Shown: one piece after another, positions 16,487-26,334 of the stretch | Numbering within the stretch: position 1 is the first letter of the stretch | Layout: every line of letters begins with the position of its first letter | Virus record (IMG/VR): IMGVR_UViG_3300033067_000976 | Coordinates: 1-38,090 of that record | Strand: one strand, 5' to 3' | DNA: 38,090 bases | Source of the DNA: a virus | Lineage: Duplodnaviria; Caudoviricetes | The notes under the pieces: generated by a model | What the model was told of the DNA's origin: nothing | Database searches by the model: none | Seen by the model: only the letters and a program-made list of their open reading frames with translations | Program-made: the position numbers and the translations under genes

Positions 16487-17824
16487 TTAGTTTAAGCTGA
16501 TGGTTGTTGTGCCATCGGGATTTTGTATCACTTGAGTGCCGCCGGTTGCAGTCCCTTTCTTAATATCTGCATTGCTCTTGCGCCATGCATCATATTCAGC
16601 TGGGCTGGTATAGGTTCGGTGCAATAAGTCATCGAACTCTCCCGGATCGAAACCTTGCTTTACTATAGCATCTGCGACCTCACCCCAACTTTTCCCCTCC
16701 TGGTGCATTTGAATAATCCCGGACGGAATTGTTTCTTTTAAGAACTTACGATCTTTGCTTGCCTGCTCGTAGGGGTCCACTGTAGTTGCTTTGGTTGGCG
16801 CAATGTACACCTCTTTCCGGTAAATGCCGGAACTGTTTTTGATTTTTGCCTGAGCCTGGGCCGGGGTATCTTTAGTCCAATCGATACCTGCATCCACATA
16901 CTTTTCTGCAAGGCTCTGTACAAATTTCTTAGACTCTTTTGCGGTTGGGTCAAAGTGGATGACGTTGTTTTCGTTCAGTCCTGCTGCAGCGGCCGCCTCT
17001 TTGTTCGGGAAAGCCTGGCCTGTTGTGCTTGAGTACCATGTGCCTGCCAGTTCATACCCGGCACTGGTTATGTTATTTTCAGCTGCAAATAGTTTCGCCT
17101 CTTTCGTATCCTGTTGCAGGTCGCGCTTTTGCTGGTAGTCAAACTGGCTTTGCTGCAGACCGTATGTCTTTTCGAACTGTGTGGCGCTCTGATCCTGGCC
17201 CTTAAGAGTTACGCCCACACCCACTAATTGCATCAGCTGGTTGAACCGTGTCTCTGCTATTTTGTCCTGGCGGTCCATTTCTTTTAGCTGCAGTGCCTGG
17301 ATCTTCGCTGCTCCCTCTACGTCCAAGTTTGCCAGAGCGCTCGCCTTGGCCGCTTCTAAATCTGCTATACGCTTTTCCCCTTTTTTCTGCACGCTGTCCA
17401 TATACGCATTGGCTGCGCTGGAGAAGCCCTCGCCCCGGAATCTACCCACGTCAACAGTTGCACCCCCTTGTTCGTTTGCTCCTAGTACTTTCGCGTCTCC
17501 TATCTGCCGGTCGAAGCTCGCACTTATATTAGCCTTTGCTGCAGCAGTTGCTTGCTTTTGTTCCTCGATCAGAGCTGGTATTTGGTATGCCGGCGCCGGC
17601 TGGTCACCGAGCAATGCTCTGCTATCTTGTACAATCGATGATAAATCTCGGCCACCTGTGGCGGTTGCTGGTGGAGTTGTTGTGCCCGGCGGGGTTGCCG
17701 TCGGTGCTGTAGTGCCTGGCAGACTCCGCGCCGCCAGTGCAGTCTCCGGGGTTGGTGCGGGCGTGTACTGGCCTGCATCGTTGTATCCCGACTGGTCCAT
17801 AAATTTGAATGCTTTGTCTGCCAT
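16487..17824 (-). CDS. Internal virion (DNA ejection) protein
   Basis: A/Q-rich helical protein with RGEGFSSAA motif, positioned before the giant gene. Confidence 0.7.
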   Translation of the reverse strand: MADKAFKFMDQSGYNDAGQYTPAPTPETALAARSLPGTTAPTATPPGTTTPPATATGGRDLSSIVQDSRALLGDQPAPAYQIPALIEEQKQATAAAKANISASFDRQIGDAKVLGANEQGGATVDVGRFRGEGFSSAANAYMDSVQKKGEKRIADLEAAKASALANLDVEGAAKIQALQLKEMDRQDKIAETRFNQLMQLVGVGVTLKGQDQSATQFEKTYGLQQSQFDYQQKRDLQQDTKEAKLFAAENNITSAGYELAGTWYSSTTGQAFPNKEAAAAAGLNENNVIHFDPTAKESKKFVQSLAEKYVDAGIDWTKDTPAQAQAKIKNSSGIYRKEVYIAPTKATTVDPYEQASKDRKFLKETIPSGIIQMHQEGKSWGEVADAIVKQGFDPGEFDDLLHRTYTSPAEYDAWRKSNADIKKGTATGGTQVIQNPDGTTTISLN

Positions 17825-17855
17825 GGTTTTGTGTGTTAATACTTTATTATTTATT

Positions 17856-19706
17856 TTAAGCCTGCGCCTCCCACGCTATTTGCAGTGTCCCAGTTGGTGT
17901 GCCTGTCTTAGTCCATGTAAGTATTATATTCGTTGCATCCATAGTTACCACTGCTGTTTGATCTCCACCGCCACCTTTCGCAATTACGAAACTAGTTGTA
18001 GTCGCTACACCGCTGGTATTACTTAGTACCACACTTGTTTCGTATAGACCCGCGGCCGTAGTTCCGTTATAGCTTAAATCACACCGAGCTGCGCTTTGGT
18101 TTGATCCGGGAACATACCATCCATTCAGCCTTATTCTTTTTGGTATTTTTCCGAGTCCGTGGGCAATGTTTTGCACACCACTTGCCGTAGACATGTCATA
18201 CGTAGTTGTGCCCATCTTAAATACTGGGGTAAGCGGTGACGCAATCAGGAATGCTGCGGCGGTACTGTTGTATACCAAATGCACGCTTCCGTTCGCTGCT
18301 ATGTCTCCGTCTGCAAGTGCTGACCCATCCGGCCGAAGTATGCTCGTTGCTCCCAGTCCATTAACATTTACTGTTGCCGCTCCTGTATTTGCTGTATCAG
18401 GTTTCATCCAAAATTCAAACCCATTGTATAGTGCTACTGGCGCAAATGGCAGCGTGACCACGTATGTATCGTTTCCGGTGGTTGATGTTCCGTAGTTGCT
18501 TTGTCCGAATATATCTTTCCCGGCACCGATTAATGGCATGAGCTGTAATTGTTGTGCAGATCGTGCTATACCCACATACCTCGGCAAAGTTTGCGCCGTG
18601 GATGCCAGGGCTGCCGCTGTATTAGATAAATAGTATTTAGTGCCCGGCGTGAGTCCCGACTGCGTACTGTCCACACCGCCCGTGCGTATAAGTACAAGCT
18701 GATCTGCTCCGCTTGTTGCGCTTTGGACAACCCCAATATCTACCCCTAAACAGGTGGCCACCGCATCCGCGTCGGTTTTCCACCACTTTTGATCGCTTGT
18801 CTTAAAGTACGCCATCGCTCCTACTGCTAAGGCTTCTCCGGATACTCCAGCCTGTATATCCTCGTCCAAACCGTCCGGGAGAAATACAAGCCGGGTGGTT
18901 GAAATTGCCACACCTACCAGTCTTGGCACCGCACCTACTGTTGTTGAGAGCGCGCCGGCTGTGCCTGAAATATAATACTTCGCGCCGGCTGTAAGCCCGG
19001 ACAGGTTTTTTTCTAGACCCGATACCAGGATATTTACACCGTTGCCCGCGGTGGCTGCCCCCTGCGCTACTCCAAGTATTACGTTTGCACAAGTGAGAAA
19101 CGCGTCCGCGTCGGTTTTCCACCAGCGTTGATCTGATTCTTTTAAATATACAATCGTGCCGGCCGCCAGTGTTTCACCGGCTGTGCCGGCAATCACTTGT
19201 TGATCCAGGCTTGCGCCGGCCAGGGATGTTCTTGTTAGCTGACCTTTAGTTACGAACTGCTTGTCGTTTGTTGCGTCCGCGTCCGTTGCTAGTTCCGGTC
19301 GGTTAGCGTTGGCAAAAGTTTTTAACCCATTAATTGTTTGGGCATCGTCTACGTTTACATATTGCTGACTCAGGAAGTGATCGTCGTTGGTAATAATTAC
19401 CGTTTCGCTCGGGCTGTGCGGCCAGAGGTTTCCGGAGTCTGTGCCATATGCGTAGTCTTTGTACCCTCTAGTTACTCCGGTTACTTTTGGCGTTGCTCCG
19501 GATGTGTCTATGCCGGTGAACGAGATTATTTCTTCGTTCGATGCGCCTGGGTTTAGCTTCAGGAGTCCAAGGTCACCAATATCGCTCATGGTCAAAACAT
19601 GGCCCTGTTTGGTGGTCAGGCTGTTTAGGAATATTTCTGTCTCACTTCCACCGCTTGCAAGCGATCGGGCTAGGGAGGTTTTGAAATTTGATGGTCTGAA
19701 TGGCAT
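17856..19706 (-). CDS. Tail fibre/needle-type structural protein with duplicated internal domain
   Basis: G/A/T-rich, QTINGLKTF fibre motif, two ~105-aa repeats each containing WWKTDADA. Confidence 0.75.
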   Translation of the reverse strand: MPFRPSNFKTSLARSLASGGSETEIFLNSLTTKQGHVLTMSDIGDLGLLKLNPGASNEEIISFTGIDTSGATPKVTGVTRGYKDYAYGTDSGNLWPHSPSETVIITNDDHFLSQQYVNVDDAQTINGLKTFANANRPELATDADATNDKQFVTKGQLTRTSLAGASLDQQVIAGTAGETLAAGTIVYLKESDQRWWKTDADAFLTCANVILGVAQGAATAGNGVNILVSGLEKNLSGLTAGAKYYISGTAGALSTTVGAVPRLVGVAISTTRLVFLPDGLDEDIQAGVSGEALAVGAMAYFKTSDQKWWKTDADAVATCLGVDIGVVQSATSGADQLVLIRTGGVDSTQSGLTPGTKYYLSNTAAALASTAQTLPRYVGIARSAQQLQLMPLIGAGKDIFGQSNYGTSTTGNDTYVVTLPFAPVALYNGFEFWMKPDTANTGAATVNVNGLGATSILRPDGSALADGDIAANGSVHLVYNSTAAAFLIASPLTPVFKMGTTTYDMSTASGVQNIAHGLGKIPKRIRLNGWYVPGSNQSAARCDLSYNGTTAAGLYETSVVLSNTSGVATTTSFVIAKGGGGDQTAVVTMDATNIILTWTKTGTPTGTLQIAWEAQA

Positions 19707-19710
19707 AGGC

Positions 19711-21480
19711 TTATATTTTTAAGTTTGCGGGTGGCTCTTCCTGCAGCTTCGGATTTGGTGAGATGGTAAGTATTTTATACCGCCCACCGAGCGAAGTGCT
19801 TTGAATAATTAAATCCATATTATAATGGTTCATAACAGGTAAGGTCAGGTACACCCGGAATGTATTCAGCTCTTCTGCCCCCTCTATCGTACCGCCAAGT
19901 GGTTGTGTACCGAGCGCCGCAGATCCCATGGTGTTGGGTTGATTCCTGATCACGTATGCACCGTCCCATTCTATTGTCTTCAGTGATGTGGACTTCTCGC
20001 CGTTTTCGTTCAGTCGTATGGTTATTTCTATGTCCGTGCCGTCACCAATTAATCCCTCGATATAAATTAGCCCGGCCTCTTTTTGTCTACTTGGTGCTCC
20101 GAAGTCATACCGCTTTGTACGCCTGGTTACTGTAATTGGCCCGGTATCATCCACGTACCCATCGAAGCATTTGAATGTATTGGGCTCGCTGGATCCTGCA
20201 AAATAGAGACTGCCTCCGTATATAAACCAATCATTCACCTGCCAGCCTGTGTAAAACCCTATACCGTTTGTTTTGGTATCACGGAATAATATTATGTCGT
20301 TGTTGGTCACATCACTCGAGCTCTTGCAGGCTACCAATATTTTCTTTTCAAACACCACGCATGCTGCATCGGTGAAGTCCAGGTCTTTAAGTGTTGGCCG
20401 TATTGGCTCAAATAGATCTAGTACGTCCAGGGCCTGTGTTGGTTGGCCTGCTGCAGTGAGCGCTGCGGTCAGCTGCCTTAGACCTCCTTTGCGTGATACG
20501 TAGTAGACCTCTTTAAGTTCGCCGGTTACTGAGAATGATGAGTACGGCCCTATATCGTAGGAGTAGCCCAGTGGTTTGGATACCGGGAACTCATTGGCTA
20601 CATCGCTTCTATCAAACTCGAAAGTCCGGAGGATGTCCGGCTTCATAATTACCAACTTTTCATCTCTTACACCAAACCCCCGGACGGATCCGCCGCCCTC
20701 GGGAAAATCTTCCACGCCGCCGTCTCCCACTACTCGTGGGGTGCTATAAGTAAAATCTTCAGGGTTGCCCGCCTTGGAGTAAAACATACCGGTCCCGATT
20801 CCGATCCAGTAGCGGCTTGCGTACCCTATACCGATATTCGACTTATACATTGCCGGTATAGTGGTGGCCACCATCGCTACACCTTTATCTACGGCAAACG
20901 CTGGCAGGCCCACAAGGCCCGTCAGCTGGTTTCCTGCTTTTCCGGTGTATGCGTATTGTGTACCGTCAACTACCACGGTTCCGGTTGCTGCAAAGTCTGT
21001 TGCGTCCACCACGTCCAGGGTTACTGCGGTATTGCTTACAACCCTGCTTGTGATACCTTTCCACTTAATCACATCATCCACGCCGTTATTGCAATAGACC
21101 CTATCTTCGCTCGAGGTATTCCATGGGAGGAAGAATACCCGCGCTGTAGCGCTTAGGTTGTCCACCAGCAGCTCCCAGCTGTTGTTGTAGACGTTGTACC
21201 ACTCGAGTATACCTTTTGGCGTTGCGTCCACCCGGAGCCTGAGCGGAATTTCGAATCCACTCCGGAGGCGCATTGTTGTGGTAGATAATATTTTGCCGTC
21301 TGTACTCGTGCGCTGGCCGTGTATGCTGCAGCCTTTGCGTGGCCCAAATGCTCCACCGGATCCAATCTCCTCATTCTGGCTGTACACGCATGCATCGTCG
21401 GGGATGCGATTTGCTTCCTCGACGGTGACCATGCCTCTGCCGTGATTTACTATATCGACTGGGTCGTATTTGGTGGCCAT
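19711..21480 (-). CDS. Tail nozzle / head-closure protein (P22 gp10 / T7 gp12-like beta-propeller)
   Basis: 589-aa beta-rich protein with FYS.AGNPEDF and TKRYDFG.P..QK motifs; follows the adaptor. Confidence 0.75.
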   Translation of the reverse strand: MATKYDPVDIVNHGRGMVTVEEANRIPDDACVYSQNEEIGSGGAFGPRKGCSIHGQRTSTDGKILSTTTMRLRSGFEIPLRLRVDATPKGILEWYNVYNNSWELLVDNLSATARVFFLPWNTSSEDRVYCNNGVDDVIKWKGITSRVVSNTAVTLDVVDATDFAATGTVVVDGTQYAYTGKAGNQLTGLVGLPAFAVDKGVAMVATTIPAMYKSNIGIGYASRYWIGIGTGMFYSKAGNPEDFTYSTPRVVGDGGVEDFPEGGGSVRGFGVRDEKLVIMKPDILRTFEFDRSDVANEFPVSKPLGYSYDIGPYSSFSVTGELKEVYYVSRKGGLRQLTAALTAAGQPTQALDVLDLFEPIRPTLKDLDFTDAACVVFEKKILVACKSSSDVTNNDIILFRDTKTNGIGFYTGWQVNDWFIYGGSLYFAGSSEPNTFKCFDGYVDDTGPITVTRRTKRYDFGAPSRQKEAGLIYIEGLIGDGTDIEITIRLNENGEKSTSLKTIEWDGAYVIRNQPNTMGSAALGTQPLGGTIEGAEELNTFRVYLTLPVMNHYNMDLIIQSTSLGGRYKILTISPNPKLQEEPPANLKI

Positions 21481-21483
21481 ATG

Positions 21484-22746
21484 TTAGTCCTCCACTACCG
21501 GGTTAATTCTAAACCGGCGCTTTGCTGAGTTCTTTTTGACTCCGTAGCTTGCGAGTAATAATTGCATGCCTCCCATCTTTGCCCGGGAGGTTTTCTGCTC
21601 GTCCTTGTCGTATCCATATTCAAATAGTTTCAGGTGGTTTTGGCTGTCGCTCGAGTTGTTGCTCCCCATCTGATCCATTACCTGCCAGAGTACTCCCTCG
21701 ACTGCCGTCTCCTTATGCTCTGCCGGAATAAGCAGCGTGTCTTCTAGAGCCTCCACCTTGCGCTTCCTGGCCGCCGTGGTGGCGTCTTTTACCAGATACC
21801 GGCTGTAGTACCACAGTTCCATAAATTCGGGCCGTGAGAAGCTTAATTTGCTCACTCTGACCCCGGTAATATTTGGGCAGCCGGCCGAGTATATAATACT
21901 AACCGCAGCAAACGCGGTAAGGCTTGCGCTTGGGCTTCCTACCTTGGTCGCGCTATCCCACGCAACCTCCACCAGGTTCCATCCGGCGTGCCAGTCATTT
22001 CCGTCTGCCGGCACTGTCTTTGTTTGATGCCAGTATGCGCTTGCGCTTTGGCCCCACTCGATTTTCACGCTGGTTATGTAATCCACCAGAGTCGCGGGGA
22101 TATACACCCACTGGAAGCCATGGCTGAGGTTTAAGTGGTCGGTAAAGTCTACAGCCGTAAGCCCGGCATTATAAATGCGGGCGTAGTTGTTCACTGATTG
22201 GGCTACGGTAATGTCAAAGGATAGGCTCGAGCTGCCATATTTGTAATATCCAATGTCTTGCTGCAGATTGCTTGCGTCACTTCCTGCGGTGTCCGCAAGC
22301 CACGATCCTACCTCTGTTTGGGTTGCCAGGATCACTTCTGGCTTTGTGTAGTCGTACCAGTTAATCCATAGGCTCTCGTAGTTGTCTTGGGTATTAATCG
22401 ATACGAATGGCCGGCGGTCGCCGGTCGCTGTCATGCGTGCGAACTCATCCGCTTCTACATTGTCGAGCACTCTGCCATTCCAGACTTCCGGCCGTACTTC
22501 CTTTAGCTCCATGAAGTCGTCCAAGCCGAACTGGTTTTGGATGTTATACAATGGCTGCCCTGCGTAGTAAGCTATTTGGGCCATGCGGACTGCAAAACGA
22601 AAATTTGCCCGACTTGAAATAATATCAAGTATGGCGTTTAGAGCGCGCATTTTCTTGCTATCGTCCACCGGGGTATCACTTGAGTCCCTCCGTTGGTCGT
22701 CCACTCGCTCGAGGACTTCTTGTGCTGTTAGGAATTCTTTGGCCAT
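21484..22746 (-). CDS. Head-tail adaptor (P22 gp4 / tubular protein A-like) with inserted beta-sandwich domain
   Basis: Helical N-terminus (MRALNAILDII) and C-terminus (DTLLIPAEH...VEGVLW), central W/Y-rich insert. Confidence 0.7.
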   Translation of the reverse strand: MAKEFLTAQEVLERVDDQRRDSSDTPVDDSKKMRALNAILDIISSRANFRFAVRMAQIAYYAGQPLYNIQNQFGLDDFMELKEVRPEVWNGRVLDNVEADEFARMTATGDRRPFVSINTQDNYESLWINWYDYTKPEVILATQTEVGSWLADTAGSDASNLQQDIGYYKYGSSSLSFDITVAQSVNNYARIYNAGLTAVDFTDHLNLSHGFQWVYIPATLVDYITSVKIEWGQSASAYWHQTKTVPADGNDWHAGWNLVEVAWDSATKVGSPSASLTAFAAVSIIYSAGCPNITGVRVSKLSFSRPEFMELWYYSRYLVKDATTAARKRKVEALEDTLLIPAEHKETAVEGVLWQVMDQMGSNNSSDSQNHLKLFEYGYDKDEQKTSRAKMGGMQLLLASYGVKKNSAKRRFRINPVVED

Positions 22747-22747
22747 A

Positions 22748-23212
22748 TTATTGCTGCGGCTTAGTTGTTTTTATATAGTCCCGGATCTCTTCAATAAAAC
22801 CCATTATATGCGTCCAGTTTTCTGTATTCTGTTTCCAGTAGTTCTGTTGTTCTGATAGTAGGTGTAGTATCTGTGGATCCCTACCTTGGAATATTTTTGT
22901 ATACTCTTGCAGCTGCAGGTCTTTTTGCGTGAGCTGCCCGGACAAATTCTCTAGTTTCCCGTTTAACTCTTTTATTTCGATTAGGTACTTACTCTGTAAT
23001 TCCCGTGCCTCGGCTTTTGATTGCCTCACTAATTCCTGCAGCGACTCAATTTGCCCCCGCATAAAACCTAACGTTTCCATGTCTGATTGGGTGGCTTCTC
23101 TAGCTGGCTTGCTTTTGTTCTGTATAAGCTGTCCCCAGGCGTATCCTATGCCGGCAGCAAATACCCCCAGTCCGCCCATAATCGTTATAGTACTTTGTAT
23201 GTCAAACGTCAT
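22748..23212 (-). CDS. Single-TM coiled-coil protein (holin/antiholin-like)
   Basis: N-terminal hydrophobic helix followed by a heptad coiled coil. Confidence 0.6.
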   Translation of the reverse strand: MTFDIQSTITIMGGLGVFAAGIGYAWGQLIQNKSKPAREATQSDMETLGFMRGQIESLQELVRQSKAEARELQSKYLIEIKELNGKLENLSGQLTQKDLQLQEYTKIFQGRDPQILHLLSEQQNYWKQNTENWTHIMGFIEEIRDYIKTTKPQQ

Positions 23213-23236
23213 GGTTTTTCTACTTAAGGATATTTC

Positions 23237-24394
23237 TTAATAACGCAAATTACGGCCACCAAGACCATCATTAAACGTACCTATAGTTGTAACTGGCCTG
23301 CGAATCGTTCCACCATTGTTTTTGAAGAAGGATGCCAGTAATAAACCGTGGAAATTCGGAAAGTATTGCGATGAAGCACCGGACCCGGTTTTGTAGAAGA
23401 GAGCCGTATCCTGCCCATCCCAACCACCCCACCACGCGAATCCTATCATGTGCCCATTCGGAGGCACGAGGTTGTCTCGCATTAGCTTAAATAACCTTAT
23501 AAGAAACTGAGTCCATAATTCCGGCGATAACTGACTGGCTCCGGGAATTGCATTCGCAAGGTCTCCGTATTCCATCCATACTTGGTCGTACCCACCTGCT
23601 GAATTATTCCCTCCGCCGGCTGGATCTTTCCCGAGGTATATTTGCTGCCAATCGTATATAACATCTTCCGGTTTATTATAGGCACTACCCCTGCGTTGTA
23701 GATAGTAATCGCTGCAGACTATATTGTTCTGGCTTCCATATCCGCTCCACCATCCGGACGCTACTTCTGAGAAGTTTGGGTTCGACATATACACTACCGA
23801 GACTCCACCCGGTGCTATGTTCTCTACTAAAATTTTGGCCTGATTGCAGTAGGTTATTGCCCCGGATTGGTCTGTCCAAAAATTTCCCCCGAAAGCAGTC
23901 CCTGTAATTTCAGCAACCGGACATATGATGTCTCCTGTCTGCCAGAGGCTTGCAAGTCCACGATTCATCCAAAAGTCATAGTCTCGGCCGAGCCAAGTTG
24001 TGTAACCGTCTGTCGGCGCCGATGCTGCGGTACCTACTGGAGTTGTTTTATCGAATGCAAAGCCACTGATATTCTGCATACCGCACCAAATATGCCGGTC
24101 GACTATCTTCAGCTTACCTCCAAACACACTAGAGCCGTATACATTGTCCTGTGCATGAATAAGATTGATCCACTCCTGTATTTCTGTTGCCATATTACGA
24201 GGTGACGGTGTATTGCCTGCAGATATGAGGTTGGCGTCCCTATCAGCTATAAAAGTGCATTCGATGTGCGTAGCTCCAAGCGCGGCACATGCAGCAATTA
24301 GATTTTGTTTTTCTGCCGTTGTCTTCTGACTTGCAAACGAGTTGTCGCTAAAGGATTTATCGATGCTTATTACTTTGTAGGTGAGATTGTACAT
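23237..24394 (-). CDS. Putative clan GH-A (TIM-barrel) glycoside hydrolase
   Basis: Candidate acid/base ICPVAE, nucleophile VWMEYG, strand-8 GFAWW. Start reassigned to ATG 24394. Confidence 0.6.
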   Translation of the reverse strand: MYNLTYKVISIDKSFSDNSFASQKTTAEKQNLIAACAALGATHIECTFIADRDANLISAGNTPSPRNMATEIQEWINLIHAQDNVYGSSVFGGKLKIVDRHIWCGMQNISGFAFDKTTPVGTAASAPTDGYTTWLGRDYDFWMNRGLASLWQTGDIICPVAEITGTAFGGNFWTDQSGAITYCNQAKILVENIAPGGVSVVYMSNPNFSEVASGWWSGYGSQNNIVCSDYYLQRRGSAYNKPEDVIYDWQQIYLGKDPAGGGNNSAGGYDQVWMEYGDLANAIPGASQLSPELWTQFLIRLFKLMRDNLVPPNGHMIGFAWWGGWDGQDTALFYKTGSGASSQYFPNFHGLLLASFFKNNGGTIRRPVTTIGTFNDGLGGRNLRY

Positions 24395-24401
24395 AGTCGT
24401 T

Positions 24402-25193
24402 TTAAACCGCTGGAGTACGTGCTCCAGCTGGTGTTCTGGCACCTGCTGTAGACCGTGGTCCGTTATATGGTTTTGTTATAAGGCTTGGTCCCGTTACCCA
24501 ACTTGGGGATCCGGTGAGACTCATATTATTACTACCACTTACTGTGTTCGCTACCGTTGCACCTGAACCCTCGATAAAGTTACAGTTTAATATCAGCCCA
24601 GTTTCCTGTGTTGGGTCAAGATAATAATCTTTGTTTGCAAGTATATCTGCTGCAGCGCGGGCTAAGTTCCACATACGAAGCGCCGCCACTCTTACATTCG
24701 CATAACCTCCACCATTTCCGTTTGACGCTAGGTAGAGGTTAATACCGCTAGACGAACCCTCTGAACCCGATCCGGAACTAGAGAAGCCCGCTCCCACCAA
24801 AACTCCATTTTTATAAAACGCTGCTACTATGCCACCTACTACCACCCAGGCGTTGTGCTCCCATGTACTCGAGGCCCTTACTCCAGAAGCGTTTCCATAA
24901 TATGAGTTGCTACCAGTCTTGTAGAGGTTGGTGTTGCTACTGTTCGTACTGCCTCCATCAAAGCCGTCATTAAAGAAAAAGTTACCAGAAGCCGGCAAGT
25001 CATCTAGTCGCATCATCGTCTTTGCTGCATTAGCACCTTGGTTGTATACGTAATATTCTATTGTAAAATCAGTAATTCCGTTTAAAGCAGCATAGTTTAG
25101 TATGGTCCCCAGCTGCGAGGATCCATTAAAACTAACCGCATTATTCGGATCTATAGTCAGAGTGAAAGTTTTACCTACTGGTGTTCTTGGCAT
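24402..25193 (-). CDS. LamG / concanavalin-A-like lectin domain virion protein
   Basis: DFTIEYYV, WEHNAWV, FYKNGVLV, ALRMWNLAR, ETGLILNCNF.EGSG. Confidence 0.85.
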   Translation of the reverse strand: MPRTPVGKTFTLTIDPNNAVSFNGSSQLGTILNYAALNGITDFTIEYYVYNQGANAAKTMMRLDDLPASGNFFFNDGFDGGSTNSSNTNLYKTGSNSYYGNASGVRASSTWEHNAWVVVGGIVAAFYKNGVLVGAGFSSSGSGSEGSSSGINLYLASNGNGGGYANVRVAALRMWNLARAAADILANKDYYLDPTQETGLILNCNFIEGSGATVANTVSGSNNMSLTGSPSWVTGPSLITKPYNGPRSTAGARTPAGARTPAV

Positions 25194-25199
25194 AAAATT

Positions 25200-25874
25200 T
25201 TATACCTGACTTAATATTGCCGGTACATTTGATACAGCAGGGCTGCCCGTGAATGGTGCAAACGATGCAGCCACATGGTTCCAATCCTGAGTCCCGTCGC
25301 TGGCCTGTGATTGCATGGCCTTGGCACCAGCTGGAGTCTTTGGGCCGTTGCTATCGAGGAGGGCGCGTGTAAGCGTAGTTTCACTGTGTTGTCTCAGTGT
25401 AACGCCGCTACTTGCCGCTATTGCCCCTGCTGCTGTTTTTCTGCTGAAAAGAACCAACCAACAGTTATCCGCTACTGTAGTTATCGTCGGACCATTAGCG
25501 TTCCCACTCGATACGCCTGCTGTGGCTTGAGATCCGAAAGCATCTGGTTGTCCAGTTTGTGCCGCGCCAGTGTATGAGGCACTCATTGCGGCTATGTTCC
25601 CAGCGGTTAATGCCGATATGGATACTACATTTGTTCCAGTCGCGGGGGCAACCAGGACGTACAGGTATATATAATCATTGATTGATCCTGTACTTTGTTG
25701 TTTAGTAACCAGAGTCATCGGAACGCCGTTGTACGTAACAGCTATAATATCATCAATAAGTTTTCTAAAACCTACAAACAATATTAAATTGCTGCCAGTG
25801 CATGTGTGGTTGAAGGTATGGGTTGATACGTTTGCCACTCCGCCATCTGTTGTTGTGTCAAGTGCTATAGCCAT
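25200..25874 (-). CDS. Beta-sandwich virion/fibre-associated protein
   Basis: HTCTGSNLILFV...VTYNGVPMT...LVAPATG motif common in phage structural proteins. Confidence 0.7.
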   Translation of the reverse strand: MAIALDTTTDGGVANVSTHTFNHTCTGSNLILFVGFRKLIDDIIAVTYNGVPMTLVTKQQSTGSINDYIYLYVLVAPATGTNVVSISALTAGNIAAMSASYTGAAQTGQPDAFGSQATAGVSSGNANGPTITTVADNCWLVLFSRKTAAGAIAASSGVTLRQHSETTLTRALLDSNGPKTPAGAKAMQSQASDGTQDWNHVAASFAPFTGSPAVSNVPAILSQV

Positions 25875-25880
25875 ATAACT

Positions 25881-26294
25881 CTAGATATTTTGTCCTACTA
25901 CGAAACCATCGTACGTGTTTGCTCCGGTTCTTCGGAATGCAAAAACATCTCTCTTGTTTGCTGTGGTCGTGAGGGTAGGTGCGGCACCTCCTGCCCAGCG
26001 TATGGTACTAAACCATGTAACTGTCCTACTACCAGTTCCATCCTGTAATATACTGACCGTGAAATTCTGCGCATTCGTCGCATTTGAGAGCGCAATAGTT
26101 ATGTTTCCGGCCGGCATAGTGATGTCGTGCACATTACTCAAAGACAAATCTAGCGTAGCTGTGCCGGCGGCGCTTGGCGAGTATGTCTGTGGCACTTGGT
26201 CAAACCCATTTATGGTAGGCTTGGTCAGTGTCTTATTTGTAAGGGTTGCCGTGTTATCTAATGTAACCGGTGGTGGTGCATAGAAGCTGCTCAT
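25881..26294 (-). CDS. Short fibre-associated protein
   Basis: TLTNKTLT fibre motif and QDGTGSRTVTW...WAGGAAPTLT domain. Confidence 0.75.
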   Translation of the reverse strand: MSSFYAPPPVTLDNTATLTNKTLTKPTINGFDQVPQTYSPSAAGTATLDLSLSNVHDITMPAGNITIALSNATNAQNFTVSILQDGTGSRTVTWFSTIRWAGGAAPTLTTTANKRDVFAFRRTGANTYDGFVVGQNI

Positions 26295-26334
26295 ATGAAT
26301 TGGACTAATTTTTGTTAGGGCACATCGTCGTTGT

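Noticed and set aside
15198-18026. Long plus-strand ORFs (420 aa, 261 aa) and the other plus-strand ORFs in the track
   Set aside because: Antisense shadows of real minus-strand genes, with no recognisable motifs.
17856-26294. Diversity-generating retroelement or invertible tail cassette
   Set aside because: No reverse transcriptase or invertase, and no adenine-specific TR/VR pair was seen. The only repeat is an old in-frame domain duplication.
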